This document shows positions 26,005 to 39,000 of a DNA stretch of 64,000 nt, one piece after another. Under the pieces are notes generated by a model, which ran no database searches, had not been told where the DNA came from, and worked only from the letters and a program-made list of their open reading frames with translations. Both the position numbers and the translations under genes were made by a program. The stretch is from positions 10,850,001 through 10,914,000 of the forward strand of contig OX597831.1 in NCBI GenBank assembly GCA_951406725.2. The letters run 5' to 3'. The stretch is from Octopus vulgaris. Lineage: Eukaryota. Position 1 is the first letter of the stretch; the number at the start of each line of letters is the position of its first letter.

Positions 26005-26350
26005 TGAAGCGGTCTTCTGTAGAAGTCCGAAACGTGGTCCTTTGCTATTCGTAAGACCCGCAGAAGAGAAAGCAGGTCAACCCCCGACATCGAGAGCATC
26101 GACGGATGGATAAATGCGCATCCAGGCTCAGCGGTTGCGTAGGATGTCGGGGACAAGAAACAGGAAGAAAGAGTGAGAGAAAGTTGGGGCAAAAGAGTAC
26201 AACAGGGGTCGCCACAACCCCCTGCCGGAGCCTCGTGGAGCTTTAGGTGTTTTCACTCTATAAACATACACAGCACCCGGTCTGGGAATCGAAACCGCGA
26301 TCCTCCGACGGCGAGTCCGCTGCCCTAACCACTGGGCCATTGCGCCACCA
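26005..26350 (-). mobile_element. SINE family B, tail type 3, ending in (CAT/CAA/CAG)n
   Basis: Family B head and core to ...TTCCTGTTTCT, then an unrelated ~150-bp tail. Confidence 0.88.
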
Positions 26351-26374
26351 CTGCTGCTGCTGTTGTTGTTGTTG

Positions 26375-26530
26375 TTAAGTAACAAGACGGATAAAGGTGA
26401 TTAGGTGATGGTCTAGGGCGACCCCAGACCTTGTAATCGAGGGCTCTTCGTTGACGCCCGACACCACCGGGAGGTGGCCCTCGAAGTCGCTGGAAATGGA
26501 AATCTCCAGGTCCAAATTCTTGGACGTCTG
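26375..26530 (-). mobile_element. Probable LINE 3' fragment
   Basis: GC-rich island; minus-strand peptide ...WGRPRPS resembles LINE ORF2 C-termini; runs into (AAC)n. Confidence 0.4.
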
Positions 26531-26657
26531 TTGATGCTGCTGTTGTAACTGCTGTTAATGCTGTTGCCAATTTTACCCCTGTTTTTTCTCTTGCTACCTC
26601 TGAATAGCTGTTTTTGTTGCTACTGACTTTGCAGCGATTGTGACTGTGACTGCTGTA

Positions 26658-26823
26658 CAGGGCCGGCCTTACGGTTTCTAGCGCCTTCAGCAAGCTGAAA
26701 TTCGGCGTGTACAAGCTGCCGATCGTGGAAATTTCCATGTCTTTGTCCCACCCTCTTTGGCGCCCCCTACCACATGGCGCCGCAGGTGACCGCCCGGGTT
26801 TCCGGTGCCTTGAGCTGGCCCTG
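26658..26823. mobile_element. hAT-superfamily MITE (166 bp)
   Basis: TIRs CAGGGCCGGC / GCTGGCCCTG; perfect 8-bp TSD CTGCTGTA at 26650-26657 and 26824-26831. Confidence 0.9.
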
Positions 26824-28474
26824 CTGCTGTAGTAATCTTTTATACTTCTTTCTGTGAAGTTAACGTGCCTGTTATTTTCATAAATATCATCACCGTTGCT
26901 CCTTTTATTGTCGCTTTTGTTGTTTAGCTTCAACTCAGCCCTGTTTGTGAAACCTTAGGATCAAGGATCTTGCTATACTGAGATGACCAACCCGTTTTAT
27001 TTTCAAGAACAATTGTATTTAGCACTTCTTCACGCAAGATACCCGTTTTTTCAAAATGTTGGATTGCTGCCATTTCTAGCATGCCTATGCACTGCATTCA
27101 GGAGTTATGTGTTGATGTTACCAATTTTATTATGACTACTTTAATTCGAAGGAAGCGTTGCTTTGGCGTATTTCTTTATGTTTTAGTAAACAATAAACCA
27201 AAATATCATCGACATTCATCAAATAGCTACTGAAACGCTCTCTCTCAATAATAGTCCTCTCTGCAATCAAATTCCATCAAACCACTGAGGCTAAAATGAC
27301 AAAGATTAAGGAGACTCAGCAACGCTGGTTGTAGAAACGGAAACAGTCACCATGAAGCATAATATGTCAATAAAATGAAGTTTGGGGAACAAAAACGGTA
27401 TTGTTATATCAATATTCTTCTTAGATACATTTCTTTTGGTCAGGGGAGAATTCTAAGTATTTATAAAAATAACATGTTAACTAAAGAATTCTGTTCACAA
27501 CGTTTTGCTTATAATCATGACATGTACAATTGAATCGCCACCATCGCCGTAATTTCGTTAGCTCTTGCGAAAAATCACGATTACTGGAATGAAAATAAAT
27601 ATTTGTAGCGTTTTAGGGATTTCAACGTTTTGTTGATATTGCATACTTATCGCTATACAAGGCATTGTGTGAAGACAATTCATAACATCTCCAAAATCAA
27701 AACAATAACCAGAGAAATAGTTTTACAATGCACGTTAAACATACAGAACCACATAATGAAGGTATGTCTCACTATGCACCGTTAAACCAACATAATAACA
27801 AAGTATTATAATGGCGTACATGTAACAACATATTTCTGAAAAACTATTTGGTCGTTTGCTTTCTTCTATTTGAAAAGGGTAATATTTCCCGAAAGATTAT
27901 ACGTTCATTGAACAACCTATGTAAAGTTTAATAAAAAAAACTATCTTTCTTCTTTGTCTTTATGGATTAACGATACCTTACATATTTCATCTAATTTCCC
28001 ACCTGCTTCACTTATAGGTTTTGGCGGTCTTTTTTCAAAAGTTTATGCCAAAAGTTTATACAGAAATGAACCAAAGGTAAATAGTCACAGTCTATAGAAG
28101 CATTCTTTGTTTCCATTCTAACCCTGTCATTACCAAAGCTGGTCGAGAACAAATCACGAAATTTGCTAAGAAATGAATTAGTTTAGGTTATGAAACGTAA
28201 GAGATATTTTAAATTAAAAGAAAAGGCAGCGGAATAAGTTTTGCTGAACAGGGAAATGTAGATAAGGAAAGAAATATTAAAGCAATAGATTATATAAGTC
28301 TATCCTACAGAACAGCTGAACAAAACAAAAAAGTACAAACGACAGCAGAGAGCAGACAGTACGTCACACTCAAGAAGTCAGCATGGATAAAATAACAATA
28401 TACGTGGAATAAACAAATCATCATCGTCATCGTCATCATCATTATCATCATCATAATGATAATAAAAATGAGTA

Positions 28475-28682
28475 TAAATTTTGGCACAAGGTCTGCTATT
28501 TCAGGGTGGCGAGTATATGTCGATTACATCAATCCTAGCGTGCAACTGGTATTTATTTTATCGACGCAGAGAGAATGAAAGGCAAAAAACGACCTCGGCA
28601 GAATTTGAACTGGGAACGTGCAAACAGACGAAATACTGCTTGGCATTTCAACCGGCGGTGATAATGACTTTGCCAGCCCGCT
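28475..28682 (-). mobile_element. SINE family A, older-tail diverged copy
   Basis: Reverse complement of the family A core and the AAATTTTGGCACAAGG tail. Confidence 0.8.
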
Positions 28683-28726
28683 ATAGTAACAAGAACAAGA
28701 ACAACAGCAATAATAAAAACAAAAAC

Positions 28727-28774
<48 letters not shown>

Positions 28775-29544
28775 ATAGCAATTTACCATTAATACAATCA
28801 CAAGAAATGACTGCAATAACTTAAAATGATAGACGAAACTCGACATAGCGTCGAGGAGAGAAAATTTACACAAACTAAAAAACGGACTGTAAGCGACAAA
28901 ATACAATGGAAGCGTAATAAGAAAACAGTGCCCTAACTAAACAAGCTAATTTTGCATTAGAAGCATTTGCTAAACAAATAGACACAATAGACTTAACGGT
29001 TTTAAACTAAACAAATCACGCTATGGAGTGAGCAACACTCAGACGAATAGGCGTCGGGAAAACTAGAAAAATCTAAAACAGTTTGCAAAATCGGAGATAA
29101 ATCGCATGGCTTGTATGAGAGTTAAAAACTAGACAGTAAAACGTCACTTCAAAGTAAATAGTTACGTAGAAAGATTAAAATTTCAGACGAACAGTACCTT
29201 AAAATCACAAAAGTTATATTTATTCAACAGGTGAATGCTAAAACGTGGAGAACGCGGCAGAGGTGGGAAAAATAAGCGAAGTGATTCAAAGGGAGTGAGA
29301 ATGTACCGTGGAGAGAAATGAAAGAATTACAGAAATTTAGATAACAACAAAATGCATGAAAGGAATTCACCAAATAAAGTAAATTATCGAAACATTTCGA
29401 AGAAAATAACAGAAGTAGAAAAGCACTTTGAATCAAATGAACTAAAACTTGGATATTTAGAGACAATATATTGGAGATCTGATCAAACAGTATCAGAATT
29501 GTTACAGTAAAAAAGAATTACAATATATCGATTCGGCATTTAAT

Positions 29545-29650
29545 CTCGTTCGAAGTCGTCCACTTCCGAAGCCATACACTTTCTTCAGCGTTGTTTCCAT
29601 TGGTAGAATTATTCTTGGAAGTCTATTTTGGGGATAGTGAGAAGCTGCCC
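29545..29650 (-). mobile_element. mariner transposase C-terminal relic
   Basis: Minus strand QWKQR*RKCMASEVDDFE matches the mariner C-terminal W..RW.KC....G.YFE motif. Confidence 0.65.
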
Positions 29651-29657
29651 GGTAGCG

Positions 29658-30535
29658 TAGAGTGTTTTTCACGATTTTCGATTTCGTGATGAGATTAGTG
29701 CGAAAAGGTTGCGAATGGGCATAAGAAGAACTGGTGTAAAATCTTAGAACTTTGCGACAATATCTATTGTCACCGAGCTGGTAGACACGTTAGCGCGCCG
29801 GGCGAAATGCTTAGCGGTATTTCGTCTGTCGTTACGTTCTGATTTCAAATCCCGCCGAGGTGGACTTTGCCTTTTATCCTTTCGGGGACGATAATGAAAG
29901 TACCGGTTTCGCATTGGGGTCGATGTAATCGACTTAATCCGTTTGTCTGTCCTTGTTTGTACCCTCTATGTTTAGCCCCTTTTTGGGCAATAAAGAAATA
30001 AATATCTTCTGTCGCCACAAATGCATCGAAAAGTGGGAAAAATTTGGGAGAAATGTCTCTAATTATCTAACGATCTAAACAAATGCCAATATTACAGTTT
30101 TCATTGCATCTATTTCGGGTAGTTCTTAAATGACTGTTATGAAATTAATCTGATATACGACTTAAACACTTCATTTTCTGCCTCCCCAAGGAAGGACGGG
30201 AGTGTACCGTAATTTACTTGGAAAATTTTCTGAATTCGATAAATTACAATATTTACAATATTTTTGCGTATTGTGAAGTGTTTGTGGAGGCAGAAGATAA
30301 AGTCACAAAACATACGTTTAAGTCATTTAAAAGCTACTCGAAGTAGAGGCAATCAAATCTGTATTTTAGAGCTAATAAATAAGTAGAGCCATTTTCCCCA
30401 CTTCTATTTATTTCGATACATTTGTGGCGATACTGTCAGGGAGTTCCAAGACGTTGCACAAGTTATTCTGACGTCCATTTACAAATTTTCCTCAAAACCC
30501 CTTCGCGAAATCGAAAATCGTGAAAAAGCGATCTA
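29658..30535. mobile_element. Long-TIR DNA element/MITE with its left TIR interrupted by SINE A
   Basis: TTTTTCACGATTTTCGATTTCG at 29665 versus CGAAATCGAAAATCGTGAAAAA at ~30506-30527; TCGCCACAAATG.ATCGAAA at ~30013 versus TTTCGATACATTTGTGGCGA at ~30410. Confidence 0.75.
29775..30000 (+). mobile_element. SINE family A
   Basis: Full body and young tail; probable TSD AATATCT. Confidence 0.9.
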
Positions 30536-30916
30536 ACCAACTGCCAAGTCGCATTCTCTTGGATTACTTCGACGTCTTGAAATCATATTCGGGTCTCACA
30601 CCGGAAATCTTGAAGCTAGAAAGAGGGAATGGTTTTAATAAATCAAGCATTTATGCACTTCGATATATGAGTTGAAGGGACCGAAAGAGAGAGACGGGCA
30701 GAAACAATATCGTGGACTGGACAGATCACAACACAGCGAACCTGTTACACATGACAGAACAGCGACCAGTGGCGACAGCATTTTAAGGGACCTTGAAGTT
30801 GATGATGAAGATGATGATATATATATATATATATATAAACACACATATATACATATACATACATACATTTATATATGTATATGTGTGTATACATACCTAT
30901 ATACATATATATATAT

Positions 30917-30946
<30 letters not shown>

Positions 30947-30949
<3 letters not shown>

Positions 30950-30978
30950 AAACAATTTTTTTTTCTATCTATAGATTA

Positions 30979-31019
<41 letters not shown>

Positions 31020-31047
31020 TCTATAGATAGAAAAAAATTGTTTTATG
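30947..31047. repeat. Short palindrome with a (TA)n centre
   Basis: ATAAAACAATTTTTTTTTCTATCTATAGATTAAT-(TA)n-ATTAATCTATAGATAGAAAAAAATTGTTTTAT. Confidence 0.85.
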
Positions 31048-31411
31048 ATATATTGAAAACAGAGGATATAAATCCACTTTAATTTTAAAACAAATTTACT
31101 TTCACTAACAAGTTACCCGTTCCTTTAAAACCGAGATACGAGCAGAGCAAATGAAGCGTAAAACATAGCAGATGGAAGCGCTTCGTACGCTGTTTGGGAA
31201 GATGACTATCAATGATATAGCGCCCGAAATAGAACCGATGCGAAGAAGCAATCATACGGACTATTCGAAAAACTGTTAAAAAACGGAGACTTGATATTTA
31301 GATGGAATAACAGAAAGGGATACGATGTAAAGCGAAAACTAGAATGGAGAAATATAGGCAGATCTCAACTCTGACATTCAGCAAGCGATTTATGTAATAT
31401 AAGGAAATATA

Positions 31412-31486
<75 letters not shown>

Positions 31487-31584
31487 TGTATATTTTGTAT
31501 AGGCTTATTCGGTATCTCTATACTGAAGTATATGTAAAATTCGCGAGTGTCCATCTTTCTCACACACCAAGACACGTAGATACG

Positions 31585-31617
<33 letters not shown>

Positions 31618-31888
31618 TTGTGGTCGGAATAATGGATGGGTGTATGTATGTATGAATGTTTATATGTTTGTATGTATGTATGTATGTATGTATGTATGTA
31701 TGTATGAATGTATGTATGCGTATATATATGCATTTATCGGTTCCCTGTTATGCGTTTTGTGTGTGAGAGGGAGAGTGAGAGAAAGAGGGAGTAAAGGGGA
31801 TGAGTGGGAGAAATGAGATTCGTGCCAGAAAGATGAGGGGCAAAGTTGACTAAATCACATTAATATTAGTATCAATTATTCACGACTC

Positions 31889-32315
31889 TGGTGGTGGTGG
31901 TGGTGGTGGTGCTGCTGCTGCTGCTGCTGCTGGTGATGGCGACGGTGGTGGTGGTGGCGCTTTGCGGCGGCGTGGCTATGGTAGTGGTGGTTGTGGTGGT
32001 GGTGATGGTGGCGGTTATGGTGGTAGTGGTAGTGGTGGTGGGTGGTGGTATTGCTGGTGGCTGCGGCGGCGGCGGCGTGGTTATGTTAGTGGTGGTGGTG
32101 GTGGTAATGGTAGTGGCGGCGGCGTATATGGTGGTAGTGGTATTGCTGGTGGTACGGTGCTAGTAGCCACAGTGATTATGGTGGTTGTGGTGGTGATAGT
32201 TGTGATGGTGGTGGTGAGGGTGGCGGTGGTTGTGGTGCTGGTGGTGATGGTGGCGGTGGTGGTGATGGTGGTGGTGGTGGTGGTGGTGGTGGTGGTGGTG
32301 GTGGTGGTGGTGGTT
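31889..32315. repeat. Degenerate (GGT)n low-complexity tract
   Basis: Directly visible. Confidence 0.9.
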
Positions 32316-32893
32316 TTTGTCGTGAATAATCTGTTATCAATATCTTCCACAAGAAACAACAATACTGACTTAACGTTTACATAGAATACGTTTCTCTATG
32401 AAAATGGTTCCCGAGGAACTCCATGGAACTTGAGTAGAATTTTCAAGAATAAATAAGGCTCCACATCTATAGAGAGATGGAATTTCAATTCACTGATACT
32501 TTACAGCTGCTAAGTTTACGTAGCTATTTAATTCTTTCAAACTCTCAATACAATTTTGGCAACTCCTGTATACGTTTCGACAAAATCACAACGGGAACAT
32601 TGAAAACTTGGTTGTGCATTCGAAGTCGAATGATTCAAATCTCTCCATCATGACATTTTATTTGAATTACTTCCGCTTCGTTATCGCTTTGCAGGGTTAT
32701 ATTATTTGTAATATTTAAAATAGGATTCGTGTTTGAATTCTACGTTATTCTATGAAGATAATCCGAAAGATCCCTATGGCTAAATCCACACGCTATCAAA
32801 TACACTCTAATTAGCCTGATAATAAACTTTGGGATTCTGTAATGCTTTATAAGTTTGCCACAAAAGATAAATCATCATCATCATCACCATCAG

Positions 32894-32947
<54 letters not shown>

Positions 32948-33607
32948 CATCATTATTATTATTTGTTATCAGTAGAGCTACGTAAACATTATATTTCTAT
33001 AATCAAAGTAAGGAATAACATCCGTTCATTTCTTGAAGATAAGAAATAATTTTATCTTAATTCCCTTCCTCGTACATTTCATCAAAACCGATCGCTTAAC
33101 TAAACATTTCGCTCCCCCGATATTGTTATCTTTCGGAACAATCATATCTCTTACATATCCTTTGTTTTCCATTTCCCTTGAGGGTACCGTGTTTATCAAT
33201 GTCAACGTTAATCACAATAGTCTCTAACATTTTAGATCCTTCATAAGGCTGGGACAATTTTATGCACCTCGTAAATCGTTAAGATCTTGTAACGGCTCAG
33301 TTATGTTTCGTGAACGTATATGCCTTGCTGTTTCTTCATTAGAGATAATGGCTTAAAACTCCAACAGAATGAACAACCTATTGCATAACGTCAAAAGACT
33401 TCATTTTCGGCACCTATCATTTCATAGAAACGTCGTATACGAACCCATTCCTCGCCGCGTTAAATCCTTTTCCTTCCTTGGTGACAATGAATACGTCCTA
33501 CGACTACCTAGAGATGCTACTAAAAGTTTGCTTTTCATGACACTTGAGTTCTACCTAGTGTGATTAATTTCCAGTATTTTAGCGCCAAAGTTTTTTCAAT
33601 AAACCAT

Positions 33608-33990
33608 TAGGCGCAGGAGTGGCTGTGTGGTAAGTAGCTTGCTAACCAACCACATGGTTCTGGGTTCAGTCCCACTGCGTGGCATCTTGGGCAAGTGTCT
33701 TCTGCTATAGCCCCGGGCCGACCAATGCCTTGTGAGTGGATTTGGTAGACGGAAACTGAAAGAAGTGTGTGTGTTTGTGTTTGTGTTTGTTCCCCTAGCA
33801 TTGCTTGACAACTGATGCTGGTGTGTTTACGTCCCCGTCACTTAGCGGTTCGGCAAATGAGACCGATAGAATAAGTACTGAGCTTACAAAGAATAAGTCC
33901 CGGGGTCGATTTGCTCGACTAAAGGCGTTGCTCCAGCATGGCCGCAGTCAAATGACTGAAACAAGTAAATGAGTAAAGAGAGTAAAGAGA
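33608..33990 (+). mobile_element. SINE family C, young full length
   Basis: AGGCGCAGGAGTGGCTGTGTGGTAAG head through to a tail of GAGTAAA-like repeats. Confidence 0.92.
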
Positions 33991-34546
33991 GATATCACGG
34001 TGTGAACCAATCGGGCCATCATCTATCCCCTGCTTACCAAGTCCAGTGAGCTTATTGTGTTCAACTGAATTTGAAATATCTCATACGCGTTTGTTTCTAC
34101 ATTTTAACGTCCTTATTAACAGCATTCACTCTTCTACAAATATAAACTCGCTTCACTCTTCGATAACCATTTCCAAAAATGCATTATCAATACACAAACT
34201 ATACTTCATGAACAGGAATGAAACAGATTCTGTTAAAAACTTATTAAACATTACCAACTTTCCTACAAATATTCAACTTCAAACTACGAATCATTCCGGA
34301 AATCTTTATCATGGTGGTCAAAAGGGAATCTCAAATGTAAGGTTTTCTCCTAAAGATCAACTGAATCATTAGACTGTCGGAGAAAATATCTCGTGATATA
34401 TGTTCTCATTCGTTGCACAGTGCGTTCGAATCCTATCACAATCAAATTTGCCTTTCATCTTTTCGAAATCGATAAATAAAATACTAGTAATGGATGCTGG
34501 TTTCATGATAAGAACGTCGGATGCTTTGCAATATTTGTTCGGTATA

Positions 34547-34940
34547 AGGCGGCGTGCTGGCAGAAACGTTAGCACGCCGGGCGAAATGCTTAGCGGTATT
34601 TCGTCTGCCGCTACGTTCTGAATTCAAATTCCGCCGAGGTCGACTTTGCCTTTCATCCTTTCGGGGTCAATTAAATAAGTAGCAGTTACGCACTGGGGTC
34701 GATGTAATCGACTTAGTCCGTTGTCCGTCCTTGTTTGTTCTCTCTGTTTAGTCCCTTGAGGGTAGTAAATAAATAGGTATTTCGTCTGCCGCTACTTTTT
34801 AAGTTCAAATTCCGCCGAGGCCAACTTTGCTTTCATGATTTTGGGGTCGATAAATTAAGTACCATTTCTGTGCTTCAGTCGACGAAATCGACTAGCCACC
34901 TCCCCCAAAATTTCGGTTCTTGTACCTAGAGTAGAAAAGA
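34547..34940 (+). mobile_element. SINE family A double-body copy, second body with the older tail
   Basis: AATA|GGTATTTCGTCTGCC junction at ~34776; the second unit ends CCTCCCCCAAAATTTCGG...GTAGAAAAGAA. Confidence 0.88.
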
Positions 34941-37679
34941 AAATAAAAGTTTTGTTATTTTTGTAAAATAAAACAAAACAGACATGCTATTTAACGATAA
35001 GCTGTCTATATTATATTTTATGAAATGTTGCAGCAACATAATCTATAACTAGAAGTCCACCTTGGAATAATTCCGATTTAGTTTATTTTCATGTTTTGCG
35101 AGCCCAGATCAAATCAGTGTGAATATGTCTACGGTCAAAAGCATTGATGACAATCTCGTTTCGTTTGTGCCACCAAGGATTTCATAAATCGATACTCCTT
35201 ACTGTGTGAGACATGACATAAGTGAGGCTTGTCTGTTGCTAGAGGATTTTTTCGTACTGGTTCACTTTGTCTAGTATAGTTAATCTTTGCGGCCACAATG
35301 CGTTTTGGTACTTTCTAGAAAATATCCATTTGTTTGCTGAACAAAGTTCTGTAACATTCAAAGGAACTGAATTATTCCCTCTCTTTCATTTAACTTTCTC
35401 AATCTGCAAATTCTATTTTTTATTGATTGTAAATTATTAGCTCACTATGCTGCCTTTCTTAGTTAATTGTCGATAGAAACGTAAGCCTTCCATGCTAAAA
35501 GAGCATAATTCAAAAACTTCGAGTTTATTTTCATTAATTTTCTTCATTTCAAAAACTGGTTTCTCACACTGGCACAAAAAATGTATCAAGACAAAGAGGT
35601 ATTCTCTGTACAGTCTCTCGATATACTGGAAATAGCAGTCATATTTCTTGCAAATTACGTTCTACCATCTTATCAAGTGGAAGTCGACGTTGAATAATGC
35701 ACTGTATTTCCCGAAAAATATAGAGGTTCAAGGCTGGAACGGCTTTCATTATGGGTCTTCACGATCGGGGCTGATCCGGAACCAAATAATAACTAAACGT
35801 ATATAGAGTGGAAATTATTAATCGAATCAGCTTAACATATTACTGATAACCACATTAGAATCCCCACTGCAGAGGAATGAACGGTAAAGTTAAGCTGATG
35901 ACATTGGAACTCAGGTCCGTAATTAAATACATAAGGGTTTTCTGACCAATTCTCTTGGGTTTCCACCATATAGGCCCTTATCTATTTCAAATTCCAAACC
36001 CACTCACAATTAGCTTTGTTCTCATATTGTTTTCAAATATTAACTCCACGGGCTACCGAGAATCGATTTTCATCTTTACATCAATATATGAAAGTATAAT
36101 ATGCTGGCTAATTACCATATATACAAGAAGAAAGTCTTGGAGATAATTTATTCTTGGCATTGTCGCGTTACTGAACAATTTATTCTTTGCATTGTCACGT
36201 TACCGAGCCCACTTCATATTCAGATAATTTTCGTTCTGCTAAAGCTGAACACATTCTTTCGTTGTATATTCCAAGGTCACAAGAAGTGAGGGTTGTTATA
36301 TTAGAGGTCATCTCAACAGCCTTTCATTAGTTTCTAGTTCTGTTCTATAATCGCATATAGTTTCATTGGATAAGCATTTATTGAATGTCACCAAGATGAC
36401 TGTTAATAAAGGAAACTCTTCCAAGATTATCGTATTTCCACTTTATCCAGCTTATAATCGCAACAGTTGGTAGCTACACGTATCACCATTCTCCTTTTAT
36501 TTTTCGAGTCAGAGATCTCAGAATTCGCTGTTAGCATATTTTGTTCACTCCCACCACATTTACGGTTGTTGGTTCCCTTTCAAATATTTCTGTAACTTTA
36601 GTTAGGCATTGTAGGACAGAAGCAGAGTTTCATTTAAATACAGAATATAACGAAATTACATGTGACGGATGGCAACCATCTCAATCGATCAAATCTATTC
36701 TGAAACACTGCAAATGTGTCCGAGAAATAGAAAATGGGAAACGATAGGAAATAAGAAGGAGTTAGAGAAAACAGCAGGAGTAGGGGAGCAAAACGAACGA
36801 CTGAGAAACTTGGTCTAGTTGAGATAGAGAACCGTGTATCGGAATAAGATGAAACAGAATTATTGCTGTTATTATTATTAATATTATTCTTATAGTCGTC
36901 GTCATCGTCGTCATCGTGGTTGTTGTTGTTGTTGATATTGGAGTTGTGAATTGATTAAAATGTTCAAGTATTGGACAAAAAGCTTAGCGTCATTTCTTTC
37001 AGCTCTTTGCGTTCTGACTTCAGATACCACCGAGGCTGACTTCGCCTTTCATCATTTTGGGGTCGATAAAAGTTAATATCAGTTCAACACTGATTTCCGA
37101 TTCTCCTTAAAATTTCAGGGTTTGTGTCAAAATTTACAAAGAATTATTAGCGAGTGAGAGAGCAGCGCATTCCAATCAAAGCGATACTGGAATGCAAATA
37201 TACGAAACCCATCACGACAACTCGTTTGATAAGGTTACATCAGGCACATATGGGAGACATGTTGACTTGATATCAATATACATGCAGCGCATGACCTTGC
37301 AAAATGGGGCCCAGTTAGAATTGTTTCAGACTGAGTAGCCCATCCCGATAAAGAGGTCCCTCAATAAGGTTTGTTTAAGGATTATGAACGAAGCACCCAT
37401 ATTCTCAAAGGTTAGTTATTCAAACCCCAAATAATTCCTCTCAACACATTGCTATGATACTCCCCCATTACTCTTGTTCGTAAGCAGAGATGCACATATC
37501 GTCAGTCACTAAGAAACGTGCTCAACTGATTAAGGTCAAGCAATCGACAAATAAATCTGTGGTATGGAATAGAATATTTGCTATAGCCCATCTTTTACAC
37601 CAAGAAAATATATACATATTAGCACTCTCAATTAATTAAAATCAGAAGTCATCATAATTACCGCCTTGTATTTCATCAA

Positions 37680-38660
37680 AGCATTATTATTATTAATATT
37701 GATACATCAAGTAAAATGCATTTTTTTTTCTTGGTTTTCTCTGAAAACTGTATCCGGACTATTGGCCTTAATTTCTCTACCTGTTTGTATTGACATATCC
37801 CAGAGTATGGTTGCTTTCTCATTTTCGATGACCTTTTCTGGCGTGTGCCTATACCATAGCTTCCCGTGTATGTAGATCCCAACCCTGTCGTGTCTGTGAA
37901 TATATTTCTTCTTAGCCAGGACTGGGCAGCCAGAGATAATATGATTTATTGTTTCTTGTCCATCTCCACATATTCTGCAGTTACTTCTTATATTTCTTTT
38001 CATTACATGTTTTTGGTAACTTCTGGTGGGGAGGCTTTGGTCTTGTGCTGCAATTAAAAATCCCTCTGTCTCTGCTTTGAGTCCTGAGCTTCTCAACCAT
38101 TGCTGTGACTTTTCTTTGTATATTTCTTTTGCATTTAGTTTAGTCCGGTATTTGCCATGAAGCGGCTTTTCTTGCCATCGTTTTATCATGGTTCGTTGCT
38201 GTTCTATTTTTAGTTTGGATTTCATTTGTCTTATAGCTTTTGTTGTTGTTTCTTCTTCTCTTCTTCTTCTTCTTCTTCTTCTTGTTCGTCTTCCTCTTTT
38301 TCATCTTCTTCTCCTCCCCCTCCTCCTCTTCCTTCTTCTTCTTCTTCTTTATTAGGTAGTATGATTTCATGTTCGTATTTGTTAGCTTTCTTAAATACCG
38401 AAAACTGTTTTTCTTGCTCGTGTTTTGTGGCTCTTTGTATTAGTTCTCCTTGCTTCTGATGTAGATATTTCTATAGTCCTATGGTGGCTATTTTATAATA
38501 GTTTTCAAGCTGTATAAGGCCTCTACCACCTTCTATACGTTGTATATATAGCCTTTCTATGTCAGATTTGGATGGTGCATCCTAGATCTTGTCATTATTT
38601 CTCTTGTTTGCCTGTCTATTTTGTTTAGTTCATTTACTGTCCAGTTAAGGATATTGTATT
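37680..38660 (-). mobile_element. R4/Dong-clade LINE fragment (RT C-terminus, CCHC zinc knuckle, start of RLE)
   Basis: ORF 37707-38225: WQEKPLHGKY...WLRSSGLKAETEGFLIAAQDQSL...CRICGDGQETINHIISGCPVLA...RHDRVG...ILWD; contains an internal (TTC)n expansion; abuts (TTA)n. Confidence 0.9.
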
Positions 38661-38667
38661 ATTATTA

Positions 38668-38708
<41 letters not shown>

Positions 38709-38719
38709 TATACACACAA

Positions 38720-39000
38720 CAGATTAGAATGTTGGAAAAGAAAATTCCTAACATTAGGCTACAACGAGTAACCTTGGATACCAAGAACCCTCCTAAGTAT
38801 CCTATCAGTCCCTAATAAAACTGTTTTCTGCAGCTGCACTAAACTGGGTTTCCTCTATCCATCTGTTCAGATCTTTAGGGATAGTTCCCAATGCATCTAT
38901 AACTACTGGGATATATTTTACCCGCACTTACTATTGTATCTGTAATTCAATGGTTAGGTCCTGGTACTTTGCTACTTTTTCTATATCTCTCATATCAGTA
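38720..39000 (-). mobile_element. R4/Dong-clade LINE 3' end (separate copy)
   Basis: Minus strand EKVAKYQDLTIELQ...IPVVIDALGTIPKDL; 3' end lies next to (TTA)n at 38660-38706. Confidence 0.7.

Noticed and set aside
26000-26042. TTGATGAAGC-GGTCTTC-TGTA-GAAGTCC-GAAAC-GTG-GTC hammerhead look-alike
   Set aside because: Antisense to the SINE B tail-3 terminal stem-loop; the apparent core comes from the (TGA)n tail, spacing is wrong and there is no stem I
31891-32384. Glycine-rich GGY-like ORF resembling a structural protein
   Set aside because: Degenerate (GGT)n tract open in several frames; no signal peptide or credible start, and the Gly frame shifts
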